The position numbers and the translations under genes were made by a program. A DNA stretch of 64,000 bases from an uncultured bacterium. GTDB lineage: Bacteria > Patescibacteriota > Minisyncoccia > Phycocordibacterales > PALSA-1337. The notes under the pieces were generated by a model that was not told the origin of the DNA, did not search any database, and was given only the letters and a program-made list of their open reading frames with translations. Of this stretch, positions 9,758 to 18,909 are shown one piece after another. The stretch's first letter is position 1, and every line of letters begins with the position of its first letter. The DNA is taken from NCBI GenBank assembly GCA_903872035.1, contig CAIQIZ010000029.1, forward strand, positions 479 through 64,478. Reading direction: 5' to 3'.

Positions 9758-9828
9758 GGGCCTATAGTAAAGCGGTATTACGCGTCCATGGCATGGACGA
9801 AGTCGGGGTCCGACTCCCCGTAGGTCCA
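9758..9828 (+). tRNA. tRNA-Ala (anticodon GGC), with an atypical T-loop UCCGACU
   Basis: G3:U70 alanine identity pair present. Anticodon loop atGGCat. C55 replaces the near-universal U55, so it may be a variant or a pseudogene. Confidence 0.6.
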
Positions 9829-9911
9829 CAAAAACAAGGAGCTCGCTTGCGAGCGACTATGTTTTTGTAGGATGTCGCCTGCAGGGCGGCGCCACATGCA
9901 GGAAGAATAGT

Positions 9912-9982
9912 CGGGGCGTAGTATAGTGGTAGTATACACGCTTCGGGTGCGTGAGGTCCGAGTTCGATTCTCGGCGCCCCGA
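9912..9982 (+). tRNA. tRNA-Pro (anticodon CGG)
   Basis: Acceptor cggggcg/cgccccg, anticodon loop ttCGGgt, T-arm ccgag-ttcgatt-ctcgg. Confidence 0.75.
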
Positions 9983-9988
9983 CAAGAT

Positions 9989-10059
9989 GGGCCTATAGTA
10001 AAGTGGTATTACGCGTCATTCGCATTGACGAAGCGGGAGTTCGATTCTCCCTAGGTCCA
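9989..10059 (+). tRNA. tRNA-Ala (anticodon CGC)
   Basis: Acceptor gggccta/taggtcc with G3:U70. Anticodon loop ttCGCat. T-loop ttcgatt. Confidence 0.75.
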
Positions 10060-10162
10060 CTGAAGATCTGCAGCCTTGTGCATAACTTCCCCGCTCACAA
10101 TTGACAATAATTTGCTATAATGGGGACGTCCATTTATTAATTATAAACATAATTTTAATATC

Positions 10163-10405
10163 ATGAAATCACTCCACGGAGTAGCATTTATTTTATTGAT
10201 TATCGGCGGTATCAATTGGCTTCTGGTTGGCCTTGGAATGTGGTTCGGCGGAAACTGGAATGTCGTCACTCTTATTCTCGGCGGTGTTCCATGGCTCGAA
10301 GCATTGGTTTATGTCCTGGTAGGCCTATCAGCCATCAAGCTTCTCATGTGTCACAAGAAGACTTGCAAGGAATGTGACAAGGGAGCCGCTCCGGCACAGA
10401 TGTAA
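10163..10405 (+). CDS. DUF378-family small membrane protein
   Basis: 'GGINWLLVGLGMWFGGNWNVVTLILGG' is the characteristic DUF378 double-transmembrane motif. A terminator follows. Confidence 0.65.
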   Translation: MKSLHGVAFILLIIGGINWLLVGLGMWFGGNWNVVTLILGGVPWLEALVYVLVGLSAIKLLMCHKKTCKECDKGAAPAQM

Positions 10406-10445
10406 TTCAGCAGAATTACCTACTGGGTAGTATTTGAAAAGTTTC

Positions 10446-10472
10446 GGATGAAAAAACCATCTCAAAACGAGG
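10446..10472 (+). terminator. Intrinsic terminator
   Basis: Hairpin accatctc-aaaac-gaggtggt followed by tttttt. Confidence 0.55.
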
Positions 10473-10533
10473 TGGTTTTTTCTATCAATGTACAACCATT
10501 CGTTTTTGGGTTATTATAGCCAAACCGTCAAAA

Positions 10534-10588
10534 GGGCCCGTAGCTCAATTGGTAGAGCGTCCCGATGCACATCGGGGAGGCAAGCGGT
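10534..10588 (+). pseudogene. 5' fragment of a tRNA-Ala-like gene, from the acceptor through the 5' strand of the T-stem
   Basis: The first 26 nt are identical to tRNA-Ala(UGC) at 10864. It has a different, irregular anticodon arm (tcccg-atgcacat-cgggg, an 8-nt loop). It shares aggcaagcggt, then runs straight into the GIY-YIG ORF. Confidence 0.6.
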
Positions 10589-10591
10589 ACT

Positions 10592-10855
10592 ATGTCTTTC
10601 GTATATATCTTACAGAGCAAAAAGACAGGCCGATACTACATAGGTAGCACAAATGATTTGTCGCGACGATTAGCGGAGCATAATTCAGACCAAACCAAAT
10701 CGCTCATCTACCAAAGGCCATTGGTTGTAGTATTCTCGAAAGAATACGGTAACTTGTCAGATGCGAGAAGGATAGAAAGGAAATTGAAGAAAATGAAAAG
10801 TCGGAGTATCATCGAGCACATAGTACACGACCAGGAGATCAAAGTTGTTTCATAA
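10592..10855 (+). CDS. Small stand-alone GIY-YIG nuclease (YazA/UPF0213-like)
   Basis: 'FVYILQSKKTGRYYIGSTNDLSRRLAEHN' is a textbook GIY-YIG motif. About 88 aa. Confidence 0.8.
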   Translation: MSFVYILQSKKTGRYYIGSTNDLSRRLAEHNSDQTKSLIYQRPLVVVFSKEYGNLSDARRIERKLKKMKSRSIIEHIVHDQEIKVVS

Positions 10856-10863
10856 CGTCATCA

Positions 10864-10939
10864 TGGGCCCGTAGCTCAATTGGTAGAGCGCCTCATTTGC
10901 AATGAGGAGGCAAGCGGTTCGAAACCGCTCGGGTCCACC
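10864..10939 (+). tRNA. tRNA-Ala (anticodon UGC), with CCA encoded
   Basis: Acceptor gggcccg/cgggtcc with G3:U70. Anticodon loop ttTGCaa. T-arm agcgg-ttcgaaa-ccgct. Confidence 0.85.
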
Positions 10940-11076
10940 ACTGGCAAAAATGCCGAGACTTGTTCTCGGTATTTTTGACAGTGAGGGGGCGGTCGGGAGT
11001 GGTTTCGAAGGACGGAGCGAGCGGAGGCGAGCGAGTCGGGGTCGCGGGCCGAGCCAGCAGGCGAGGACCCGTGACC

Positions 11077-11096
11077 GAAACCGCTCGGGTCCACCA
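11077..11096 (+). repeat. Direct repeat of the 3' 20 nt of tRNA-Ala(UGC), located 137 bp downstream of the gene
   Basis: gaaaccgctcgggtccacca occurs at 10920-10939 and again at 11077-11096. The segment between them is GC-rich and purine-rich with GCGAG-like repeats. Confidence 0.7.
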
Positions 11097-11259
11097 CAAG
11101 TCTCACTATTTCATGGCTTGACTAAGCGGTAATATCGTTGTCTTTAAATATGGCTTGCCTTTCTGCTAATACTGTGCTATACTATTAACAGTTTAAAACA
11201 CGGTAAACAACTGCCCTCTGTACCCTTTTAGGGAAGATGGCAAGAAAGGACCTTGTAAT

Positions 11260-11631
11260 ATGATTAGATTCGCTTGTAAGTGGTTTAAGCGCTGCGGCGG
11301 CTGGCTGGTAATCGCCGCACTCTTCATCGGCCTAGTAATATCGATCCGCTCCTGCAAATCGCCGTCACCGGAAAAAGTGGCGCATGCACGTGCCATGACC
11401 ACGGAATTGACGACGCTCGTACGCGGAGATTTGGTACATATCAATTATGACTGGGAGATTGTGAGCTCGTGCACCACAGAAACCCTAATAACTGTGAGCT
11501 TCCGTGATCAGAAGTACGTCAATCGCGAGACATCTCGTGCAAGATGGATCGTCGATCGTGTGGTTGGTAAATCGGACACCAACAGTTACTCAGCAGTTTG
11601 TGTTGACCTCATTACACGGATGGTTCACTAA
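11260..11631 (+). CDS. Hypothetical protein with an N-terminal membrane anchor
   Basis: A 123-aa ORF with a hydrophobic N-terminus and a downstream terminator. Confidence 0.4.
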   Translation: MIRFACKWFKRCGGWLVIAALFIGLVISIRSCKSPSPEKVAHARAMTTELTTLVRGDLVHINYDWEIVSSCTTETLITVSFRDQKYVNRETSRARWIVDRVVGKSDTNSYSAVCVDLITRMVH

Positions 11632-11645
11632 CGCCGTCCTCCCAT

Positions 11646-11692
11646 AGTCCCACAAGGAAAGTCCTACGACTCCTCGTGGGACTTTCTCTTTA
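11646..11692 (+). terminator. Intrinsic terminator between convergent genes
   Basis: agtcccac...gtgggact stem followed by ttctctttat. Confidence 0.55.
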
Positions 11693-11717
11693 TCTGAATA
11701 ATATACAAATTCCAATA

Positions 11718-12704
11718 TTAGCTCCTACTCAACGCCAACTCGATGACATGATCAACCAGCTCATACGTGTCGCTGCCGACAGCGCGAAGAGCTTTGGGCA
11801 TGAGAGATTCGCCGGTCAGACCTGGCAAAGTATTCACTTCAAGCACATAGATCCCCCGCCGCGGATGGATGATGAAATCAGAACGGGAATAGTGGCGCAA
11901 ACCGAGCACTTGGTGGATCTTTCGCGCCAGGCTCTCGATGGCACGCTTGAACATATCTTGAAAAGTAGCGGGCACGATCTCTTGGGACATGCCTTGATAC
12001 TTGGCTTCGTAGTCGAAGAACTTGGTCATGGGACGGATCTCTATGGGTGGCAAGGCATACAATTCCTGGCCACGAAATCCTTCGATGACGCCACAGGTCG
12101 CTTCGATGCCTGGAATGAATTCTTCTATCATGACTGAATCAGAATGGAGAGAGGCCGCCTTCAAAGCTTCGGGCAATTCGTTGTAATAGATGACCTTGGT
12201 CACGCCGACCGACGAACCGCTTGCCGTTGGTTTGACGATGGCTGGCATAAGAAAGGAATGAAATAGATCGCCTGCAACATTTGTCGTATTATCCCTGATC
12301 AACGCTGATGGAATCTCCCTGCTGTAAGGCGAACGAATGCCATGATCCTTGAAAGCCTTCTTAGACAATACTTTATTCATTCCCACAGCCGAGCCTAATG
12401 AACCGCTTCCGGTAAAAGGCAAGCCGTGTGCCTCCAAAAAAGCCTGAACTTTTCCATCTTCGCCATAGGCGCCATGTAAGGCATTGAAAGCCACGTCGAT
12501 ATGTTTTGATGCGTCAGATGGCTGGATCGGGACGCCATTCATATGCCAAATGCCATTCTTATCAATAAAAACGTCACAGGCCTCGTACTTATCACTAAAT
12601 CGATCCTTGAGCACAGACAATACTGCCGCTCCGGAATTCAACGACACCTGGTATTCATTCGATGGCCCTCCGCGCAAAACGCCGACACGTGTGTGGTGAT
12701 TCAT
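11718..12704 (-). CDS. ddl: D-alanine--D-alanine ligase
   Basis: ATP-grasp fold. 'AFNALHGAYGEDGKVQAFLEAHGLPFTGSG' and the C-terminal 'EVNTLPGLT' motif. Confidence 0.9.
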   Translation of the reverse strand: MNHHTRVGVLRGGPSNEYQVSLNSGAAVLSVLKDRFSDKYEACDVFIDKNGIWHMNGVPIQPSDASKHIDVAFNALHGAYGEDGKVQAFLEAHGLPFTGSGSLGSAVGMNKVLSKKAFKDHGIRSPYSREIPSALIRDNTTNVAGDLFHSFLMPAIVKPTASGSSVGVTKVIYYNELPEALKAASLHSDSVMIEEFIPGIEATCGVIEGFRGQELYALPPIEIRPMTKFFDYEAKYQGMSQEIVPATFQDMFKRAIESLARKIHQVLGLRHYSRSDFIIHPRRGIYVLEVNTLPGLTGESLMPKALRAVGSDTYELVDHVIELALSRS

Positions 12705-12908
12705 GCAGACATTGTAACGTATTTACAATGTATTCAGAAGTGAATAGAAACGATTCGCTTGGTGAATGATGTCTCCTCGCCTCCTCGCAAGGTCGCCATT
12801 CCAAATTGCAGCCGTATGCGCTTCCAGGGATTCAGCTCATACGGGCAATTTGTTCATGGCTCAGATCGCATTGCGAGTCATCTCGAAGACATCATTCACC
12901 AAGCTCAC

Positions 12909-14168
12909 CTAGAACAAACTCTTTGATCTTCGCAACCGATGATACTTGATAGCAAATCTATGCGCCTCTGCATTCACAGCAATGATTTCTTGACGATGTG
13001 CATTTACAAGTTCAGCCGAACCGATCAATTCAGATGCTTTATGTTTGTCGTCTTTTTTTACAGCGACGACTGGAATCTCTACTCGCCTGGCTTTGAGCAC
13101 TGATTCAGCAGCTTTCTTTTGCATTTCATTTCCATCGACGACGATCAGATCTGGGTAATCCCATTCGCTATGATTCAAACGCCTGAATAGAATTTCCGAA
13201 AGTCCGGCCACATCATTATTCGCTTCTCTAGATATCTTGAATTTTCGGTACTCGTTTGAAGATAGTTGGCCATTTATTGAAACCGTCATGGCTCCGACGA
13301 CATTTGTGCCAGATAGATGTGCGATGTCGTATGCTTCTATTCTGTAAGTCCGATTGGATGGTCCGACCGCGGAATCGCTCGATGTGCCCCCATTCGATTC
13401 AGTCGCATTCCTCTTGATCAACGCTATATCGTTAATGTGATCGAGAGCGTAGAGCAGCTTTCTATTCTGGCCAGCTTCTTCAAATTTCATAGCCTTAGCA
13501 TTTCGCTTCATATCACGTTCAATCAATGAACGGACTCGCTTGCTATTCCCTTCAAAGAAAAGCGATAAATATCTGATAGTTTTCAGGTAGTCTTTTCTTG
13601 CCTCCGAATCATTACTATCCGGCGACTGACCCAAAGATTCGTAGAACCTCTCATGCCGAGGATCGTGAGCTTTCTTGTCTCTGAATGGAAAGATTCGACG
13701 CAATATCTTCAACGCTTCTTTGATCAGTGCTCCCTCCACAAACGGCCCGAACTGCTTCAAAACCTTGTATTGCAAAACGCCTCCATCTGAATGTTGCTCA
13801 AAATCTCTCGCTCTTACCAGGAAGACTCTCGGCCAAGGTTCGTCCGTAATGATCACATACTGATCGCTCTTATCATCCCTCTCGGCCACATTATGATATG
13901 GCTGGTAGCGTTTGATGAGAGAGCTCTCTAAAAGGATTGCTTCCAAGACCGAATCTGTCTTCTGCCAAGTCAGAGTCTTTGCTTTGGTAACCATGTCAAT
14001 GATCCGCGGACCACGAGTATCGATGAGATCAATAGCAAAATAGCTTTTGACACGATCTTTTAGGGAGGTAGCACGACCGATGTAGATTGGCCGTCGGCGA
14101 TAGTCCCTGAATATGTAAACGCCCGGCTGATCAGGCAGTTTCTTGTTTTTGACATATTGACGTTTCAT
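12909..14168 (-). CDS. uvrC: Excinuclease ABC subunit C, short 419-aa form without the C-terminal helix-hairpin-helix region
   Basis: N-terminal GIY-YIG 'GVYIFRDYRRRPIYIGRATSLKDRVKSYF'. Central RNase H-like region 'EAYDIAHLSGTNVVGAMTV'. Adjacent to uvrA. Confidence 0.8.
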   Translation of the reverse strand: MKRQYVKNKKLPDQPGVYIFRDYRRRPIYIGRATSLKDRVKSYFAIDLIDTRGPRIIDMVTKAKTLTWQKTDSVLEAILLESSLIKRYQPYHNVAERDDKSDQYVIITDEPWPRVFLVRARDFEQHSDGGVLQYKVLKQFGPFVEGALIKEALKILRRIFPFRDKKAHDPRHERFYESLGQSPDSNDSEARKDYLKTIRYLSLFFEGNSKRVRSLIERDMKRNAKAMKFEEAGQNRKLLYALDHINDIALIKRNATESNGGTSSDSAVGPSNRTYRIEAYDIAHLSGTNVVGAMTVSINGQLSSNEYRKFKISREANNDVAGLSEILFRRLNHSEWDYPDLIVVDGNEMQKKAAESVLKARRVEIPVVAVKKDDKHKASELIGSAELVNAHRQEIIAVNAEAHRFAIKYHRLRRSKSLF

Positions 14169-14697
14169 GATTGTAAGAGTATTGTAATTTTAGAGCACTT
14201 GCAAGTTATCGCGCTCTTTGAGAAAGGAAAGCTAGTTCTATGCTAACCAATTTATCATCTACATCTGTATTCATTATCGTCTTGTCGCTTTGCTTTGCTA
14301 TGATCATTCTCTGGCCCAAGATCGGCCGAAAAACCAAGAATGGCAGCCCAATGGAAAAGCCCAACAACAACGACGTCGAGAAGGCAATCGATGACTTCTG
14401 CAAAGGTCGTTAACTCAATATTCAGAAAGGACAATGAATTATGCTTTTCGAAAATGATGACCCTGAAGATGACGGATCTGGACCGGCGGTCAAGATATTA
14501 ATATACCTGATTCTGGTGGTCGGGGCAGTCCTAGCTTTGATCAATCTTCCAGGCCAAGCACTTCGTACGTTACGGCATGCGCCGAAAGATATTGGTGATT
14601 CACCTGGTACATTGATGGAGGTATTTACTTTATGGTGACCTCCGATCCCCAATCGATATCAGTGTTCGCCGCCGGCCTACCACCGGCTTTTTTGTGC

Positions 14698-17424
14698 CTA
14701 CTTTTTTAGAATTTTCTTCAAATACTGACCTGTGTAGCTCTTCTCGCTCTTGGCGATATCTTCCGGTGTACCTTTAGCGACTATCTTACCGCCACGATCA
14801 CCACCATCAGGGCCGATATCTATGACGTAGTCAGCATTCTTTACAAGATCCAGATTGTGTTCGATGACAACGACCGTATTCCCTTTGTCTACTAATTTTT
14901 GCAGAATGTCGATCAATTTCTTTACATCTTCATAGTGCAATCCAACTGTCGGCTCATCTAATAAGTAAATAGTCTTCTGTAAATGAGCGCGATAAAGCTC
15001 CGATGAGATCTTTACCCTTTGCGCCTCACCGCCGGAAAGCGTCGTGGCCGATTGGCCAAGCTTCACATATCCGAGTCCGACGTCCATAAGAGTCTTTAAT
15101 CTGTCTTCAATCGCCGGAATGTCCTCAAAGAATTTCAAAGCTTCTTCAATTGTAAGATCCAACACTTCGTGGATATTCTTCTTACGAAACTTGATTTCAA
15201 GAGTCTCCTTTGTGAAACGAGTGCCATTACATATATCACAAGTTACATAGACTGTTGGCAGAAAATGCATCTCTACCGCGATCTCGCCGTTACCCTCACA
15301 AGCTTCGCAGCGTCCTCCTGGACGATTGAATGAGAATCTTCCAGGACCCCAACCTCGCGCCCGTGCTTCTGATTCAGCAGCGAACATGTCGCGGATATGC
15401 GTCCAAGCACCTGTATAGGTCGCTGGATTTGATCGTGGTGTCCTGCCGATCGGAGACTGATCGATGAGGATGACTCGACTGACATACTCAGAACCGCCAA
15501 AGCTCTTGCAATTGAATAATTCATTTGTGCGCAATCGTGATTCGAATCTAGCTTGCAGATTCCTATGTAATATCTCGTACATGAATGAGGACTTGCCTGA
15601 ACCAGAGACTCCGGTTATGACATTGAGACATCCGAGCGGCACGTCCACGTCCATATTCTGAATATTGAAGATATGACCACCCCTAACCATTATCTTCCCT
15701 TTGGGTTGACGACGCTCCTTAGGCAGAGGTATCGACTCCTCGCCTCGCAGATAGGCCAAAGTCAACGAACCGCTGGTATTCTTCTCGGCAGTAAGAAGAT
15801 CATCCAAATAGCCGGAAACTACAACTTTGCCACCATGCACGCCGGCACCTGGTCCGATATCCACGAGGTAGTCAGAAGCGAACATGGTATCTTCATCGTG
15901 CTCTACGACAATGATGGTATTCCCGAGGTCGCGCAAACGCTTCAAAGTACCGATCAGGCGGTCATTGTCGCGCTGATGCAAGCCGATAGTCGGCTCATCC
16001 AGCACATATAGCGCGCCGACAAGCCCTGACCCCAATTGCGAAGCTAGTCTTATACGCTGGGCTTCTCCACCAGATAACGTATGTGCACGACGGTCTAGAG
16101 TAAGATATTCGATACCGACGTTGACCATGAATAGGAGCCGGCCAGATATTTCTTTCAATACCACTTTAGCGATCTCTTTTTCACCTTCAGTCAATTTGAT
16201 ATCTTTGAAATACACGATCGCGTTCTCGATGGACATGTCAGTGATCTCCACGATATTCTTTCCGTCGACGAGCACTTTTAAAGCTTCATCGCGAAGCCTG
16301 GCACCCTTACAAGTCGGGCACGGTTTGTCGCTCCAGATGCTTTCTGTGCCAAGGCCATTACAGGCGGCGCAAGCGCCATATGGCGAGTTGAACGAGAATA
16401 GACGCGGCTCGACTTCGGGATACGAGAAGCCGTCGTATGGGCACATGAATTTGACGGACATCAGTTGCTCGTTCGACTCTGCGGCTGCGGAACTGCTGTC
16501 AGTTCGAGTGCTGTGAGCCAGTTTCGAGACGACATTGTTATTACGTCCTGGATACTCAATCCGGATCAATCCATCAGCCTCGAGGATGGCCCTTTCAAGA
16601 GCTTCCGATAATCGTTCGCGGGCATTCTCGAAAGCCTTCCTGTCCTTTGAGTCTTTAAATTCGCTCAAGAATAGTTCATCCACCAGAACATCGATGTCAT
16701 GCTTCTTGTTCTTTTCCAGGATTATCTGATCGCGAAGACGATGAATAGTGCCGTCTATGCGGACACGGTCATAACCTTTGCCGAGCATGTCGTAAAGCAT
16801 TTGGTAGTACTCACCCTTTCGACCGACAACGACCGGGGCATAGATCCTAACCTTGGCATCGGCAATGTCGACACCAAAGACTTTTTTGGCACGATTTGTT
16901 CGTGTCGTCACTGTCTTCAAGATCGTTTCAAGTATCTCTTCTTTTGAAATTCGTTCGATCGGCCGATTGCAAATCAAGCAATGCGGCTTACCTACGCGAG
17001 CGAAAAGCACGCGCATGTAGTCATAGATCTCGGTGATCGTTGCCACAGTCGAACGCGGATTGTTAGAACGAGATTTTTGATCGATGGAAATTGCTGGTGA
17101 GAGACCGATGATCTCATCTACATCCGGTTTCTGCATTTTATGCAGGAATTGGCGGGCATAAGCGGAAAGCGACTCGACGTAACGCCTCTGACCTTCGGCG
17201 AATATGGTATCGAAAGCCAGCGAAGATTTGCCAGAACCAGAAAGTCCGGTGATGGCTATCATCGTATTCCGCGGCATTTCCACGGTGATATTCTTCAGAT
17301 TATGGGTACGCGCTCCTTTGACGATGATCTTATCACCGCTTTTGGATGGCTCGCCGTGCTTTGTTACGGCCTGATTTTGGTTGTGACCACGCGCATTCGC
17401 GTCGGCCTTGGACATGGCTGACAT
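14698..17424 (-). CDS. uvrA: Excinuclease ABC subunit A
   Basis: Two ABC ATPase modules with Walker [13 protein letters not shown] and [13 protein letters not shown] signatures LSGGEAQR (twice), and zinc-finger cysteine clusters. Confidence 0.95.
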   Translation of the reverse strand: MSAMSKADANARGHNQNQAVTKHGEPSKSGDKIIVKGARTHNLKNITVEMPRNTMIAITGLSGSGKSSLAFDTIFAEGQRRYVESLSAYARQFLHKMQKPDVDEIIGLSPAISIDQKSRSNNPRSTVATITEIYDYMRVLFARVGKPHCLICNRPIERISKEEILETILKTVTTRTNRAKKVFGVDIADAKVRIYAPVVVGRKGEYYQMLYDMLGKGYDRVRIDGTIHRLRDQIILEKNKKHDIDVLVDELFLSEFKDSKDRKAFENARERLSEALERAILEADGLIRIEYPGRNNNVVSKLAHSTRTDSSSAAAESNEQLMSVKFMCPYDGFSYPEVEPRLFSFNSPYGACAACNGLGTESIWSDKPCPTCKGARLRDEALKVLVDGKNIVEITDMSIENAIVYFKDIKLTEGEKEIAKVVLKEISGRLLFMVNVGIEYLTLDRRAHTLSGGEAQRIRLASQLGSGLVGALYVLDEPTIGLHQRDNDRLIGTLKRLRDLGNTIIVVEHDEDTMFASDYLVDIGPGAGVHGGKVVVSGYLDDLLTAEKNTSGSLTLAYLRGEESIPLPKERRQPKGKIMVRGGHIFNIQNMDVDVPLGCLNVITGVSGSGKSSFMYEILHRNLQARFESRLRTNELFNCKSFGGSEYVSRVILIDQSPIGRTPRSNPATYTGAWTHIRDMFAAESEARARGWGPGRFSFNRPGGRCEACEGNGEIAVEMHFLPTVYVTCDICNGTRFTKETLEIKFRKKNIHEVLDLTIEEALKFFEDIPAIEDRLKTLMDVGLGYVKLGQSATTLSGGEAQRVKISSELYRAHLQKTIYLLDEPTVGLHYEDVKKLIDILQKLVDKGNTVVVIEHNLDLVKNADYVIDIGPDGGDRGGKIVAKGTPEDIAKSEKSYTGQYLKKILKK

Positions 17425-17568
17425 AGTGCGCGGATAGTATCATGAAAATGACCTAAAATCAAATCCGAGGAGTAAACTAGCTATCAGTAGACAAAAAAAG
17501 AGCGGCCCGCCTGTGCGAAAACCGCCCGTAAACTCGAATGTGAAATTGTCGTGGCAGTCCATCGCCTC

Positions 17569-18054
17569 TTAATCGACCAGGCCGCCACGATATTCGTGAT
17601 AACCAATTTCAACTTGATGACTATCTAGAATCTGCTCACGTCCCTTAAATTTCCGGAAATCGTTACGCTCCGGAAAATTGACGTAGGTGTAGTCTTTCGC
17701 GGCGAAAATGATCGGCCCGCGGCCACCGTAGAATCGTTTTTCTAAGAAATAAGCCTGCTTCAAACTTTCGCGCAGGTATGGAATGACCCGTTTTGGGTAG
17801 TGGCCTTCATAGCTCATGAACCAGACCATCTCACCGTTGTGATGTATCAATGTGGTGCCATGGCTTTGATCTGACGATGGCGACGTGAAATACATGTCGT
17901 ACATCTCAAAGTTTCCGTAGACGACCCTGATGAGGTGCGAGCCGGGGATATCCTGGAGAGTCGTGATCTTCGGATCGTTTCCAACCCAACCGCGTGTCAT
18001 GGCCTCAAAAAAGGCGTCCCTGATTTGATCATCTGCAAGTATCTTTGCTTTCAT
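17569..18054 (-). CDS. Hypothetical protein, 161 aa
   Basis: A clean ORF with no recognisable motif. Confidence 0.4.
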   Translation of the reverse strand: MKAKILADDQIRDAFFEAMTRGWVGNDPKITTLQDIPGSHLIRVVYGNFEMYDMYFTSPSSDQSHGTTLIHHNGEMVWFMSYEGHYPKRVIPYLRESLKQAYFLEKRFYGGRGPIIFAAKDYTYVNFPERNDFRKFKGREQILDSHQVEIGYHEYRGGLVD

Positions 18055-18674
18055 TTTATTATGTTCAATTTCCTTTCAAAGGACAGAATATAATACAATG
18101 TGTATTATGTCAACTTGCCCGTACCTACCAATCTAGTCTTACCCATTTATCTTTCCCAGTCGTATACTACTACGTGACAAGCACAGAAGAAAATAGAATA
18201 TGGAACGTAGGACCCTATGCTTGGGCCAGCATTTTTTTGGTGATCGTCTCAATGGCGGCCAGGATCGCTTTCTATCCGGTCGCCAGCACGGACTACACAG
18301 TGAGCATTGTCCATTGGATTCAAGCTCTGCGAACTTATCCAGGATTGACAGCCTTCAGATATCCGTTCGCCGACTACGTGCCATCCTACCTTTATGCATT
18401 GAAGATCGTCGCGCTCATCAACCTGAATGATCTATACCTGGTCAAGACCATCTCTGCAATATTCGATACATGTGTAGCAGTTATGAGCTATCTCCTGTTA
18501 GGACTGGCAAATGAGAACAAATACACAAAGTGGCAACGGATATTTGCTGCAGCTGTGATCTTCGCCATTCCAACCGTAGTCATGAACAGCTCTCTCTGGG
18601 CTCAATCCGATTCCATATATACAGCAAAGGAACAGGCTTTTTTGAACATTATTTTGTTTTCATTGTATTTTTAA
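18045..18674 (+). CDS. GT-C-like membrane glycosyltransferase N-terminal region, probably a truncated or frameshifted remnant
   Basis: Multi-transmembrane N-terminus resembling PMT/ArnT-type glycosyltransferases, only ~200 aa long. An overlapping +1 ORF (18530-18760) suggests a frameshift. Confidence 0.3.
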   Translation: MLSFYYVQFPFKGQNIIQCVLCQLARTYQSSLTHLSFPVVYYYVTSTEENRIWNVGPYAWASIFLVIVSMAARIAFYPVASTDYTVSIVHWIQALRTYPGLTAFRYPFADYVPSYLYALKIVALINLNDLYLVKTISAIFDTCVAVMSYLLLGLANENKYTKWQRIFAAAVIFAIPTVVMNSSLWAQSDSIYTAKEQAFLNIILFSLYF

Positions 18675-18909
18675 TAATAGGTCACAGGCGGAACAGCCGC
18701 GTGCTTAGCAGAAAAGTGTACTCCGATGAGTCGACCGTTCAAGCTACATTTATTGTCTAATGGTCGCGGAATCGAGATTGTTCTATAGCGGCTGATCTTC
18801 GAACTATTTTGCCATGGTCTAATTTTTTATAAATGATCCAAGAAGAAACTCCGCGTAATGTCAATGACTCGCGGACCCCTTCAAAGGAAACCTGTCGTTG
18901 TATGAGGCA

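Noticed and set aside
10876-11132. Three mutually overlapping ORFs (two minus, one plus) in the GC-rich spacer after tRNA-Ala
   Set aside because: They are Arg/Pro/Ser-rich translations of a purine/GC-rich low-complexity segment on both strands. No RBS and no coherent protein. The region is better read as a non-coding spacer between the tRNA and its 3'-end repeat.
15673-16516. Internal antisense or alternate-frame ORFs within uvrA, clpB, the kinase gene and the giant surface protein genes
   Set aside because: They lie wholly inside strongly supported long genes and have no independent motifs. They are typical shadow ORFs.
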